Below are positions 1 through 8,832 of a stretch of 20,000 nucleotides of DNA, in pieces. The position numbers and the translations under genes are program-made. The stretch is taken from the IMG/VR virus record IMGVR_UViG_3300032177_003246. One strand, 5' to 3'. The DNA is from an uncultured virus (IMG/VR IMGVR_UViG_3300032177_003246). Its lineage: Duplodnaviria; Heunggongvirae; Uroviricota; Caudoviricetes. The first letter of the stretch is position 1. Every line of letters starts with the position of its first letter. The notes beneath the pieces were generated by a model that was given only the letters and a program-made list of their open reading frames with translations, was not told where the DNA came from and searched no databases.

Positions 1-378
1 TTCTTCGAGGAAGCGACGGATGTGCTTCACCTTGAAGTCCATGTCGTGCTCGTCCGTCTTGGGCCGGAACTTGATCTCCTTCGTCTCGAAGACCGTCGTC
101 CCCTTCCGCTGCTGGCGCTTCTTCTTCGCTTCCTCGAACTTGAACTTGCCGTAGTCCATGATCCGGCACACCGGCGGTGCCGCGGCCGGAGAGATTTCGA
201 CGAGATCGCAGCCCTTCTCCTGGGCGAGCGCTTGCGCCTGATGCGTCGGCATGACGCCGAGCTGATCGCCCTCGAAGACGACGCGCACCTCTTGCGCACG
301 GATGCGGTGGTTGATGCGGTGCCCGTTGTTGTCGGGCCGGCGGCGCTCGAAGCGCCCATGACCTGGACGGCCATTCAT
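1..378 (-). CDS. infC: Translation initiation factor IF-3, 5' part (runs off the left edge)
   Basis: Manual translation from ATG at 378: MNGRPGHGRFERRRPDNNGHRINHRIRAQEVRVVFEGDQLGVMPTHQAQALAQEKGCDLVEISPAAAPPVCRIMDYGKFKFEEAKKKRQQRKGTTVFETKEIKFRPKTDEHDMDFKVKHIRRFLEE. It carries the IF-3 signatures RIN-x-RIR, DLVEISP-x-A-x-PPVCRIMDYGKFKFE and KEIKFRPKTDEHD. Confidence 0.97.
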   Translation of the reverse strand, partial: MNGRPGHGRFERRRPDNNGHRINHRIRAQEVRVVFEGDQLGVMPTHQAQALAQEKGCDLVEISPAAAPPVCRIMDYGKFKFEEAKKKRQQRKGTTVFETKEIKFRPKTDEHDMDFKVKHIRRFLEE

Positions 379-415
379 AGGTGGTGCATGTGCAGGGGAA
401 GTCCTCGTGGGCAGC

Positions 416-445
416 GTTGTACTGCATCCACAGAACCTGTCGCAA
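416..445 (-). promoter_or_regulatory. Possible sigma70-like promoter for infC
   Basis: Minus strand reads TTGCGA-N18-TACAAC, upstream of a GAGGA SD-like site at 402-406. Motif match only. Confidence 0.3.
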
Positions 446-553
446 GACGAACAGCAACGGCCACGAGCCGTCCGTCAGACACTCGTAAGGGGCGGGATCT
501 GCTCGATCGGGCAGCTTCTTCGCCTGGTAGGGGCGCGTGATACACAAGATCGC

Positions 554-1456
554 ATGGGCGATAACGCGGAACTCCACCGCAAGATCCACGACTTCCTCCT
601 GACCGAGTGGGCGCGGAAAGACAACCGCCAGCTCGTCGAGGTTCACCTCATGTACGCGCCCACCGGAGGCTATCGCAACGAGCCCATCCGTAAGTGGATA
701 CGCGCTGACGAGCCCGAATTCTTTGCCGAGATCATCAACGTCGAGAAGCTCGTCACGCAGATCGTCGAGATTGCCGAGGGCGAGGTCGACGGAAAACCGC
801 CTGGAAGGCACAGCTTCCGCCTACGCACGCAGCAGCATCTAGGGGAGCAGGCGAGCATGTCGTTCGCCCTCCAGCCCAGCTACAACGGCAACGACGAAAA
901 CGCGATCATGTCGAACTTCAGCGGCGCTCGTGGTGGCGGTGGTGGCGGTGGTGGCGGATCAGAAATCGCTGCGGCACAGATCCTCGCGAGCAACAACGGG
1001 CAGCTCATGCGGATCAACACCCAGATGTTCGATGGGACGATCCGCGTCCTCGGACATCAGGTGCAAAACCTCCACGAGCAGGTCATCGCCCTGACTGCCG
1101 AGAACTCGAAGCTGCGTACCGAGCTAGAGGAGGCGCGATCGAACCGCATGGATCGCGAGTTCCAGATGGCGATGGCGCACGAAAAGAACGCGCGCAGCAA
1201 CCAGGCTCTCCAGAAAGTGCTCCAGCTCGGTACCGTCGTGGTCGCCAAGATCGGTGCCGATGGATCAGGCTCCCAACAGATGGGCGAGGGCAACCCGCTC
1301 ACGATGCTGATCAGCGAGTTCTATCAGTCCCTGCGCGAAGATCAGCGCATGGGTCTCGTGCAGATCCTCGACATGCCGCAGAAGATCATGTTCTTCGAGA
1401 TCGTGAAGCTCGTGACCCCGCAGCAGGGGCAGGGCCAGCCGCCACCGGCGAAGTAA
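554..1456 (+). CDS. Hypothetical protein (300 aa) with poly-Gly linker and coiled-coil segment
   Basis: Long ORF with GC3-rich codons. Start more likely at ATG 554 (MGDNAELHRK) than 407. Heptad-like stretch VQNLHEQVIALTAENSKLRTELEEARS. Converges on the minus-strand array at 1456/1460. Confidence 0.8.
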   Translation: MGDNAELHRKIHDFLLTEWARKDNRQLVEVHLMYAPTGGYRNEPIRKWIRADEPEFFAEIINVEKLVTQIVEIAEGEVDGKPPGRHSFRLRTQQHLGEQASMSFALQPSYNGNDENAIMSNFSGARGGGGGGGGGSEIAAAQILASNNGQLMRINTQMFDGTIRVLGHQVQNLHEQVIALTAENSKLRTELEEARSNRMDREFQMAMAHEKNARSNQALQKVLQLGTVVVAKIGADGSGSQQMGEGNPLTMLISEFYQSLREDQRMGLVQILDMPQKIMFFEIVKLVTPQQGQGQPPPAK

Positions 1457-1459
1457 CAG

Positions 1460-1948
1460 CTACGCCTTGACCGTGCGGCTCGGCTTGCCAGGCTTCTTGC
1501 CTTGGTCGCGAGCTTCATGCGCGAACGGGCGCAGCGCAGCGGTGACGAGCTTGAGATCCGTCGACGCCGGCCGTTTCCTCAGCAGCTCGGCCCGGAACAC
1601 CTTCTCGCGCTCCAGGGCGACGTCGTGGGCGTCGTCGTAGTTGACGCCGCCATAGAGGACGAGGTTGCGCTCGACGATCTCGTGAAAGACCGTCGCGATG
1701 CGATCCAGCACGTGCATGGCATCGTCGATCCAGATCTCACCCGGAGGGACGTAGCCAGGATATGCAGCCTCGTTCCCACCCTGCGTGAAATCGATGTCGA
1801 TGTCGTTGCGCACCTTCTCACCAGACACGAGGTACACGGGGAGCCCCGTGACGTAACCGAGCCGGCGAATGCGGGGCGATTCAAGGGCCAAGGCTTGCTT
1901 GATTTCGCGATCTAGCTGCGCGTGCGATTTCCTCGAAGGTGTTGCCAC
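1460..1948 (-). CDS. Hypothetical protein with HExxE...YxxAH putative metal-binding motif and N-terminal AQLDREI tag
   Basis: FHEIVERNL...YDDAHDVA resembles a zincin-like metal site. AGGA lies upstream of the GTG start. Confidence 0.7.
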   Translation of the reverse strand: MATPSRKSHAQLDREIKQALALESPRIRRLGYVTGLPVYLVSGEKVRNDIDIDFTQGGNEAAYPGYVPPGEIWIDDAMHVLDRIATVFHEIVERNLVLYGGVNYDDAHDVALEREKVFRAELLRKRPASTDLKLVTAALRPFAHEARDQGKKPGKPSRTVKA

Positions 1949-1981
1949 GGGGTCATCCTAGCCTGTCTGCCGGGCAGACAC

Positions 1982-2773
1982 TTACTTCGTTTCCGTCGAG
2001 CGAAGCTCTTCACGAATGATGCGGCGTAGGGCGCTCTCATCCGCAGCCCCTTCCGCCTTGTCCCGCAGCCCACGAATCGCGGAATAGAGTCCTGCGGCAC
2101 CCATGATCCCGAGCGCTGTCAGCGCACCGATCTTGAGGACACCCAGGATCGCCGTCGCCTCAGAGCCGTTCCCCTCATCGGCGTTCTGCCAGATCGTCTT
2201 GGGGAGTGATGTCGGCTCCGTGCTCTGAAGCGTGACGCCGTGCGCGCGGGCGAGCGCGCGCAGCTGCTTGAGCCGGCTCCACCACTGCTCGAACGTCTCC
2301 CAGCTCGTCGCCATGCGCGTCCACCACGACCTGTTCTCGCGCGCGACAAACTCTCCAAACTCGGCGAACGTCGGCGTGACATCTGCGGCGATCCAGTGCA
2401 CGACGCCGCTCACGTCGGCATCTGGGTCGCTCTTGTTCCGTGCGACCCACAGCGCGAGATCATTCGAGAGCGCCTTGAAACCCGTCGAGACCTGCATCAT
2501 CGCGCGCTCGCGATCCGCGACGGTATGAAACAGCTCTTGCCCGACGATCGTCGCCGGTTTCGCAGCTTCGTCCCGACCGCCGATGCCCTTCGTCGCGGCC
2601 CACATACGCTGCGCACCACGCGCGCCCTTGTAGACGTCGCCGATCGCAGGCAACGCAGGACGCAGCGCGGCGCCGACGGTTTCGTCGCGCACGTAGTCGA
2701 GCGTTTGCTCGCCAACCCATCCAGCCACGAAATGCTGGTCGTCTGGACCGTATGAGCCACGATCGCGCGTCAT
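1982..2773 (-). CDS. Membrane-anchored helical protein, local paralog family A
   Basis: ATG at 2773 overlaps the upstream TGA (ATGA). Starts MTRDRGSYG. Contains LFHTVADR, TSWETFEQWWSRLKQL and PTSLPKTIW, plus a C-terminal hydrophobic helix. Homologous to 8829-9510 and the C-terminal part of 9507-10934. Confidence 0.8.
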   Translation of the reverse strand: MTRDRGSYGPDDQHFVAGWVGEQTLDYVRDETVGAALRPALPAIGDVYKGARGAQRMWAATKGIGGRDEAAKPATIVGQELFHTVADRERAMMQVSTGFKALSNDLALWVARNKSDPDADVSGVVHWIAADVTPTFAEFGEFVARENRSWWTRMATSWETFEQWWSRLKQLRALARAHGVTLQSTEPTSLPKTIWQNADEGNGSEATAILGVLKIGALTALGIMGAAGLYSAIRGLRDKAEGAADESALRRIIREELRSTETK

Positions 2774-3534
2774 CGTCCCCACCCTACCCCGGATCGCCCG
2801 TAGCATCCGCGCGTGTTCCCCGACACGTGCGGCGCCAGATCCTTGCGTAGATTCCAGTACGCCGTTCCTACCCGATCAACGTAATAGTGACCGTTCTTGG
2901 TGGGATTGAGATCCACCGCCGTTCCCTTGTCAAAGAGTTCCCAGCGGGCTGGCGTGGGAGGCTTTCCAGGCTTGCGATCTGCGGGTGACTCTTTCCACAA
3001 AATCCAGTGCTTGATGCCAGCGGCCATCAAAGCATCCTTCGCGTCGTCCCACGTCCGTTGAATCGTCGCCCCCGACGTGTCGAGCCGCACGTCGTCGCGT
3101 CCTCCCGCCTTGACGCGCGCGATGACTTCGTCGACGGACATCGGGGTGCCTTTGCCGCCACGAACAACGTCCGTCACGAATGTCCCCAGCCGACGCTGGA
3201 ACTCGTCCTGCGTGAACTCGTCCGCCCCAAGTTCCCAAAGGTAGAAGCGCGCGTCGTCTCGCGTGCGCGCGCTTGGATCCAGCTGCTTCGAGCGCGGCGT
3301 GTTCGCGACAGGAGCCATCCAGAAAAACAGGGGCTGCGCGTCTTTCGGACGCGGCGGTAGCGCGGGGGCTGGCTGCGAAGGAGCGCTTCCACCGTCAGTT
3401 CGAGCGTCGCCCCCGCCTCCTCCGAGACCGAAGCCGCCGAAGCCGAAGTTTCGGATGAGCCAGTAGAGACCAAAACCGACGCCAACGCCGAGCGTGAGCT
3501 TGCCGAGCGTTTCTGCTGTGGAGTTCTCAGCCAT
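2770..3534 (-). CDS. Membrane-anchored hypothetical protein, possible ExbD/TolR-like periplasmic subdomain
   Basis: N-terminal TM (LTLGVGVGFGLYWLI), Gly/Pro linker, segment DDVRLDTSGATIQRTWDDAKDALMAAGIK, and C-terminal RGCYG tag. Confidence 0.7.
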   Translation of the reverse strand: MAENSTAETLGKLTLGVGVGFGLYWLIRNFGFGGFGLGGGGGDARTDGGSAPSQPAPALPPRPKDAQPLFFWMAPVANTPRSKQLDPSARTRDDARFYLWELGADEFTQDEFQRRLGTFVTDVVRGGKGTPMSVDEVIARVKAGGRDDVRLDTSGATIQRTWDDAKDALMAAGIKHWILWKESPADRKPGKPPTPARWELFDKGTAVDLNPTKNGHYYVDRVGTAYWNLRKDLAPHVSGNTRGCYGRSGVGWGR

Positions 3535-3540
3535 GCCGCC

Positions 3541-4497
3541 TCATCCGATCACCTGCTTCATGATCGGATCGATCTTGTCCCAGATGTCTTGGCACGTCAC
3601 GGTCTTCAAACCGAACGGATCAACCTCGGTACCCTTGCCGGTCGTCACGATCAGCTTCACCTGCGACGTTGACGGATCCCAGACCGCTCGAAGCCTGACG
3701 TTGTACTTACGCGTGTCGATGTTGTAGGGATTGCTGCCCGCGACGCCCATCCCTTCGGATCGCAGCTTCACCAGGAGCGCGTCTTTGACGCGCTCCGTGA
3801 CGCGCTTGTACGTGCGCACACCGCACTGCCCAACGCCGAGAGCTTTCAAGGCAGCGGCGATGCGCTTGTTGTTCTCGTCGACCTTCGCCGCGCTGTCGCT
3901 CACCGCTTGGCGCTCATCTTGGGTCTGTGCATTCTTGGCAGCTTCCGCCGTGTTCTGCGCGGCTTGCTGATTCGCGTCCGTGGCCTCAGCGACATGATCG
4001 GTTGCGACGTCCGCTGCTGCCTGCGCGCCATCCGGCGGCTGCGGTTGCTGCGGCTGCGGCTGCGGTTGCTGGGGCTGCGGCTGCGGCTGCGGTTGCGGTT
4101 GCGGTTGCTGGGGTTGCGGCTGCGGCTGCGGCTGCGGCTGCGGCTGCTGTGGCTGCGGCTGTGGCTGCGTCGGTCGCGACTGCGGCTGAGGTTGCGGTTG
4201 TGGTTGTGGTTGTGGTTGTGGCTGCTGTGTCGGGCGCGGCTGCGGTTGAGGCTGCACCGGCGGCCTCGGGCGTGGTGGCGCCTCCGGTGCTGTGGAAGCA
4301 GCTTGCTGCTGACGACGCGCTGCGGTCACTGTCGCGTTTTGCGCGTTGTTCAAATGAGCATCAGCCGCCTGGTGAGCCGCGTGAGCCGCGCGGATCGCCT
4401 GCGCGTAGGCGTCGACCCGTGAACGCGTCCGCGGCGAAAATTCGTACGCGGTGAGTGCCACGCCGATGCCGAGCGCGATCACGATCAGCGGGATCAC
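3541..4497 (-). CDS. Membrane-anchored protein with Pro-Gln stalk and C-terminal family-B-like domain
   Basis: N-terminal TM (IPLIVIALGIGVALTAY), Ala-rich helices flanking a long (PQ)n tract, and a C-terminal domain that begins after VGQ and has two Cys. Confidence 0.8.
   Translation of the reverse strand: MIPLIVIALGIGVALTAYEFSPRTRSRVDAYAQAIRAAHAAHQAADAHLNNAQNATVTAARRQQQAASTAPEAPPRPRPPVQPQPQPRPTQQPQPQPQPQPQPQPQSRPTQPQPQPQQPQPQPQPQPQPQQPQPQPQPQPQPQQPQPQPQQPQPPDGAQAAADVATDHVAEATDANQQAAQNTAEAAKNAQTQDERQAVSDSAAKVDENNKRIAAALKALGVGQCGVRTYKRVTERVKDALLVKLRSEGMGVAGSNPYNIDTRKYNVRLRAVWDPSTSQVKLIVTTGKGTEVDPFGLKTVTCQDIWDKIDPIMKQVIG
4036..4250. repeat. Imperfect 6-bp coding tandem repeat (GGCTGC/GGTTGC/GGTTGT)n encoding (Pro-Gln)n
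   Basis: Directly visible microsatellite-like tract inside 3541-4497. Confidence 0.95.
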
Positions 4498-4700
4498 GGG
4501 ACGTTCACGATCTCGTCGAGAAAGTCTCGCGCATCAATCTGCGCAAGCGCGTGACCCCCGGTCGAAAGCTTTTGCTGACCAGCCGATCGCAGGCCTTCAA
4601 CCGCAAACGCGGCCGAGCGAGCGGCGCACACTGCATCGCCGCTGCGATCGAACACGAGCGCGTAGGTCGCCGCCCAGACGAGACGCTCGCCGTCGCTCAT
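4494..4700 (-). CDS. Small hypothetical protein (68 aa)
   Basis: Start and stop both overlap neighbouring genes by 4 nt (ATGA at 4697-4700, GTGA at 4494-4497). Confidence 0.65.
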   Translation of the reverse strand: MSDGERLVWAATYALVFDRSGDAVCAARSAAFAVEGLRSAGQQKLSTGGHALAQIDARDFLDEIVNVP

Positions 4701-4903
4701 CGAGGCTTCCTAGGAACGAGGGCCGCACGATCGGCAACACCTTCACGCGTCATTCGCGCGTTGTAACGCGCGACGCAGGTCGTTAGGAGAAGCGTGCTCG
4801 GACACCGAGCCGTAAGCCTGAAGGCCTCCGGTCGAAAAGTCATGACGGTGCCGTCACGCTTCTCGATCATGACGGAATAGTCTTCGAGCACGTCGGTCGG
4901 CAC
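4697..4903 (-). CDS. Small hypothetical protein (68 aa, MPTDVLEDYSVMIEKRDG...)
   Basis: 3' part of track ORF 4697-5254. GTG at 4903 is preceded by a GAAGGGAG SD, and the stop overlaps the next ATG. Confidence 0.6.
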   Translation of the reverse strand: MPTDVLEDYSVMIEKRDGTVMTFRPEAFRLTARCPSTLLLTTCVARYNARMTREGVADRAALVPRKPR

Positions 4904-4914
4904 GTGGGCTCCCT

Positions 4915-5316
4915 TCACAGCTTCTCGGCGATGAGCCCCATGCCGCCCCACAGCGCAGAGCGCGTGAAGTTCACGCAGCCCTCCGACAGGCGGGTGAGTG
5001 CGTCGGTGCTGCCGAAGCTGCCAGCCTTGCCGCTGAGCACGCGGCGATCGATCTGGCAGCCCGCATACTCGACGAGCGTTCCCAAGATCCCGTACGCGAA
5101 GCCGCGCGCGAGGATCGGCCAGTTGTCCACGTACGGCGCGACGGCCGTAAGTACGACGCCGTTGACCGCGTAGACCGGCATGAACGGGATCTTCGCGCCT
5201 TGAAACACCGACGAGTAGCGGTCCTGTTCGCAGAGCGCGTTCTCCGCGACCCATCCGCCAACGCCGAACAGGGCCATCTTTTGGACGATGTCTCCGATAT
5301 TTACTTTCGATGCCAT
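4915..5316 (-). CDS. Small integral membrane protein resembling the DUF1113 / putative ABC-export permease pattern
   Basis: AGGAG SD. Pattern FGxxGWxxE...PFMPVY...hydrophobic...VEYxG...LWG, with several TM helices. Family call is from recalled motif only. Confidence 0.6.
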   Translation of the reverse strand: MASKVNIGDIVQKMALFGVGGWVAENALCEQDRYSSVFQGAKIPFMPVYAVNGVVLTAVAPYVDNWPILARGFAYGILGTLVEYAGCQIDRRVLSGKAGSFGSTDALTRLSEGCVNFTRSALWGGMGLIAEKL

Positions 5317-5348
5317 GGCTTCTCCTGTCTCAGCGTGAGATCGCTCTT

Positions 5349-5395
5349 AGTATATCTCGGCCACGCGCGCCTACTCGAACGCGGCACGCGCGTTC
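5349..5395 (-). promoter_or_regulatory. Intergenic stem-loop plus TATACT -10-like box upstream of the 4915-5316 gene
   Basis: Perfect 7-bp stem GAACGCG-N5-CGCGTTC at 5377-5395, and TATACT on the minus strand at 5349-5354. No good -35 element. Confidence 0.35.
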
Positions 5396-5407
5396 CTTTC
5401 AGTGCGT

Positions 5408-7294
5408 TCAACCAACCGTCACGATCGGAGCGTTGGGGATAACAGCCCGCGGCTTTGCATCACCGATCGCCTCGTCGTGAATGCGCGCGCTGCCGTCCGG
5501 ATCCTTGTCACAGGCCGCGGCGTAGATGAAGACCTCGCGATTGCGGGTCGCGTGCTGGAGCCATTCCATCGCGCGCGCGAGGCTGCCGAAGCCGCGGCCA
5601 TGGAGCGTGCCGTCCGCGTACTGGATGACACCCGCAGCCTTGCCCTGCTTCGTGCTCGCGTGCGTGCGTGCAACATCGCGCATGTCTTCGAGGGCAGCGC
5701 CGACGATCTCTTCCCATTGGCCGACGGTCGCGATGTCGACCCAGCCGCCAGGCGACGCGCCGACGATCTCCTGCCAGCCAGAGACGTTCGGTCCACGACC
5801 TGTCGCCTTCTCCCAGAGCTTGGCCCCCCACTCGCTCTTCATCGCGTTCGCGACGAGATCGGCCACGGCCTTGGCAGCTGGATCACCATTCTCGGCATCC
5901 GTCGCAACGGCCGCGATCTGTTGCTGCGCGTTGGGGTCGCCCTTGGCTGCCTTCTTCGCGGTGTCCTGGACGTGATGCGCCGCCGTCGAGTTCGCGACCG
6001 CCTTCGTGGCCTCTTTCAGCGCGAGTGCGGTCACCGGATCGGTCTTCGCCTGCGCCTGCGCCTGCTGGACGGCCTTCGTCGCCTTGCTGTCGCCCGCTGC
6101 CGACTGCACGAGGTCGTTGGCGAGCTTGCCAGCGATCGGTGCAGCGATCGGCCCGACGCCCGGGATAGCCATCGCCGCCGAGGCGGCGGCGATTCCAGCG
6201 GCGGCCCCGATCGGACCCTTGAGCTTCTTGAACGTCGCCGCGACGCCGCTGGCCACGCCCGTGACGGCGCCCTTCACGGCTCCGGCGATGTCGCCGAGGA
6301 TGCTGCCGCAGATCGTGTCGACGTGCTTGGCAAGCAATGCCCCGACGATCGCATCCTCGGCCATACCGACCGCCGTCTCGACGGTGCTGACGACCGTCTC
6401 CGGTGCTGGCTTGGGCGCGTGCATTCCATCGTGCCAGCTCGCGAGCTTCTGCATGACCATCGCGATCGCAGGCGCGAGGTTCATCGACGTCTCGTAGCAC
6501 TTGCCGTCGACGCAGATCTTGACGTGCAGGACCTGCTTGTCGTCGAGGCGCTTTTCGACCGTGACGCCACCAGTGGCGGGTGCGACGATCGGCGCCAGAT
6601 CTTTCGTGAGACCTGTGCGCTGCTCGGCACCGACACTCTCGCGCGTTACGCCTGTCTGCTGGCGAACCTCAGGGAGGACCTTGCGAGCCTCGACAAGGCC
6701 CAGGTGCGGCAACTCGCGACGCCGTAGGAAGCCCTGGTTTGGATACGGAGCGAACGGAGCGCTTTTTTCGAGAGCGCCAAGAAGCTCTCGGAAGGCGAAA
6801 ATCAGTGCAGGCGTGCCCAGCTCCTGTACAGGCCCGTGCGATGCCGAAGCCCCATGAAGGCGCGCGTTGATGCGCTCGGAGAGCGAAAGCAACTCCGACC
6901 GAACGGGCTCATAAACGTTGGTCTCCCAGACGAGCACCGGATACGCCTTCTTGTGACGCTGATAAACGTCGGAGCGACGTTCCGCAAACGCGTGCTGACG
7001 CTTCACCGACGCGACGCGCTCGTCATACGACGTCAGGGTCTTGTGCCGATCTGCTTCTGCCACCCAGGCGTTTTGGATCGACGCGTACTCAGGGCTGCCC
7101 GTGATCTGCGCCGTCGCCGCGCCCACGGCAGCCTGCACGTCTCGCCAGAAGCGCGAGAACTCGGCGTACGCCTGTTGAAAATCCTCCGCCTCTCCTCCAA
7201 CGACCACCCCGTAATAGGGGCGGTACCACGGCCGAAAAAAGCCGAAGCCGGGCGCAGAAAGGGCGGTGAGTTCAGCTCCAAGGGTATGTGTCAC
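5408..7294 (-). CDS. Multidomain protein (628 aa): helical N-domain, family-C core, VG-repeat linker, family-D domain
   Basis: GGAGGAG SD before the GTG. The core (LAPxxAPATGG...HVKICVDGKCY...AxxGDPxA...GAKLWExATGRGP) is shared with 7350-8420. The C-terminal domain is shared with the repeats of 11734-13455. Confidence 0.85.
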   Translation of the reverse strand: MTHTLGAELTALSAPGFGFFRPWYRPYYGVVVGGEAEDFQQAYAEFSRFWRDVQAAVGAATAQITGSPEYASIQNAWVAEADRHKTLTSYDERVASVKRQHAFAERRSDVYQRHKKAYPVLVWETNVYEPVRSELLSLSERINARLHGASASHGPVQELGTPALIFAFRELLGALEKSAPFAPYPNQGFLRRRELPHLGLVEARKVLPEVRQQTGVTRESVGAEQRTGLTKDLAPIVAPATGGVTVEKRLDDKQVLHVKICVDGKCYETSMNLAPAIAMVMQKLASWHDGMHAPKPAPETVVSTVETAVGMAEDAIVGALLAKHVDTICGSILGDIAGAVKGAVTGVASGVAATFKKLKGPIGAAAGIAAASAAMAIPGVGPIAAPIAGKLANDLVQSAAGDSKATKAVQQAQAQAKTDPVTALALKEATKAVANSTAAHHVQDTAKKAAKGDPNAQQQIAAVATDAENGDPAAKAVADLVANAMKSEWGAKLWEKATGRGPNVSGWQEIVGASPGGWVDIATVGQWEEIVGAALEDMRDVARTHASTKQGKAAGVIQYADGTLHGRGFGSLARAMEWLQHATRNREVFIYAAACDKDPDGSARIHDEAIGDAKPRAVIPNAPIVTVG

Positions 7295-7349
7295 GACGGC
7301 TCCTCCGTATGCCTGAGGGCAGCCCCAGACTTCATGCGATTGTCTTCGG

Positions 7350-8420
7350 TCACCACGACCACGAGCCGACTGTTCCGGGCCCGCGCCCGGTGGCGCGCTC
7401 CCAGAGCTTCGCGCCCGCTTCTGACGACATGGCGCTCGCGATCAGGTCAGCAACGGCCTTTGCGGCAGGATCGCCCCTCTCCGCACTCTGGGCGACGTCG
7501 ACGATCTTCTGCTTCGCTGCGGGGTCGCCGGCCTCGGCTTTTTGGGCGGTGTCCTTCACGTGATACGCAGCAATCGTCTGAGCGACCGCATCCTGAGCGC
7601 TCTTGAGCGCTTTCGCCGCGACCGGATCTGTCTGGGCCGCTTTCTCGGCCGCTACGACGTCCGGATGCTTCGTCTTCTTACCGAACTCGGCAGTCTGATC
7701 GATGATCGGGCCGACGAGCTTGGCAGCCGCGGCCCCCGCAAGGGGTCCGCCGTAGACGGTCGCGACCGCCGTGGCCGCTCCTGTGATCGGAACTTTGAGC
7801 TTCTTCACGAGACCTGAAGCGACTTTGTGGATGCCGAGAACATCCAACTTCAACGTGGTGTTCACGACCTTGGTCAGCCCGCCCTTGATGTCGTCGAGCC
7901 ACCCGCCGCTTGCCACATCGATGTGGCGCGCGATCAGCGCGCCAACGATGGCGTCCTTCGCGGCGCCGACCGCAGTCTGGACCTTGTCGACCACGATCAA
8001 CGGTGCGGGCTGCGGAAGATGCATGCCTTGATGCGCGCGCGCAATCTTCTGCATCACCATCGTGATCGCAGGCGCGAGGTCCATCGACGTGGCGTAGCAC
8101 TTCCCGTCGACGCAGATCTTGACGTGCATGACTTGCCGGTCGTCGAAACGCGTCTCGACGAGGGCGCCGCCTGTTGCTGGAGCGAGGACCGGAGCAAGCT
8201 CGGCGGTGAGCCCGGCGCGCGAGGGAAGCTCGCCTCCTACGATGTCTACCCAGCCACTGACGAAGGCGCCGTCAAACAGCTCCCGGGATTCGCCATCTGC
8301 CGCTGGTACCCAGCTCGGAATCTCGCGGTAAAACGGGTGTCCACCCCACTGCGCGCGCGGCAGAATGATACCCCCGAAGGGATCGGTCACGATGACACGC
8401 CAAGGATCCGGGCTGTTCAT
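7350..8420 (-). CDS. Paralog of the central region of 5408-7294 (family C)
   Basis: GAGGA SD. Clear protein similarity and near-identical DNA (6447-6559 vs 8048-8159). Confidence 0.85.
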   Translation of the reverse strand: MNSPDPWRVIVTDPFGGIILPRAQWGGHPFYREIPSWVPAADGESRELFDGAFVSGWVDIVGGELPSRAGLTAELAPVLAPATGGALVETRFDDRQVMHVKICVDGKCYATSMDLAPAITMVMQKIARAHQGMHLPQPAPLIVVDKVQTAVGAAKDAIVGALIARHIDVASGGWLDDIKGGLTKVVNTTLKLDVLGIHKVASGLVKKLKVPITGAATAVATVYGGPLAGAAAAKLVGPIIDQTAEFGKKTKHPDVVAAEKAAQTDPVAAKALKSAQDAVAQTIAAYHVKDTAQKAEAGDPAAKQKIVDVAQSAERGDPAAKAVADLIASAMSSEAGAKLWERATGRGPGTVGSWSW

Positions 8421-8472
8421 GGCGTCCTCATCATAGGCGCAGACAGCTGCGCGGTCTCTTTATCGTCACCCC

Positions 8473-8832
8473 TCACGGCCGTTTGGTCCCGTATTGACCG
8501 CGTGCGTTGAGGGCTTGCGCCACCTTGGGCTCATCCGGGCGACGCGCAGGGGGGATCGGCGGTCCCGGAGGCACCGGCAGCCGCGCGGTTGCCTGAAATT
8601 CCTCGGCCTGCGCCTGCCCACGTCGAACGAAGTACCGCGTGAGCACGAAGAGGCCTCCAATGAGGCCCGCGGCGCCAACAAGGTGCCCTGGACCGAAGGA
8701 TGTCGTCGAGAACACGTCCTTGGTGAAGAGCGGGTGCTTCGGCGGCGGCGGACGTGGCGGCGGCGGCGTCGTCAGCTTCGTCGTGACCGTCTTCTTGAAG
8801 TCCGTCCAGTCCATCTTCGGCGGCCAGCTCAT
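8473..8832 (-). CDS. Pro-rich single-TM protein (119 aa) with C-terminal RGQYG tag
   Basis: ATG at 8832 (MSWPPKMDW) has a GGAGG SD and an ATGA overlap with the upstream stop. TM is LVGAAGLIGGLFVLTRYF. Confidence 0.75.
   Translation of the reverse strand: MSWPPKMDWTDFKKTVTTKLTTPPPPRPPPPKHPLFTKDVFSTTSFGPGHLVGAAGLIGGLFVLTRYFVRRGQAQAEEFQATARLPVPPGPPIPPARRPDEPKVAQALNARGQYGTKRP

Noticed and set aside
22..540. Plus-strand 172-aa ORF and minus-strand ORF 27-374
   Set aside because: These are antisense and off-frame shadows of infC, which is unambiguous in another frame.
380..553. att site or integration junction next to infC
   Set aside because: No tRNA, integrase or matching repeat is visible in the window, so the boundary cannot be supported.
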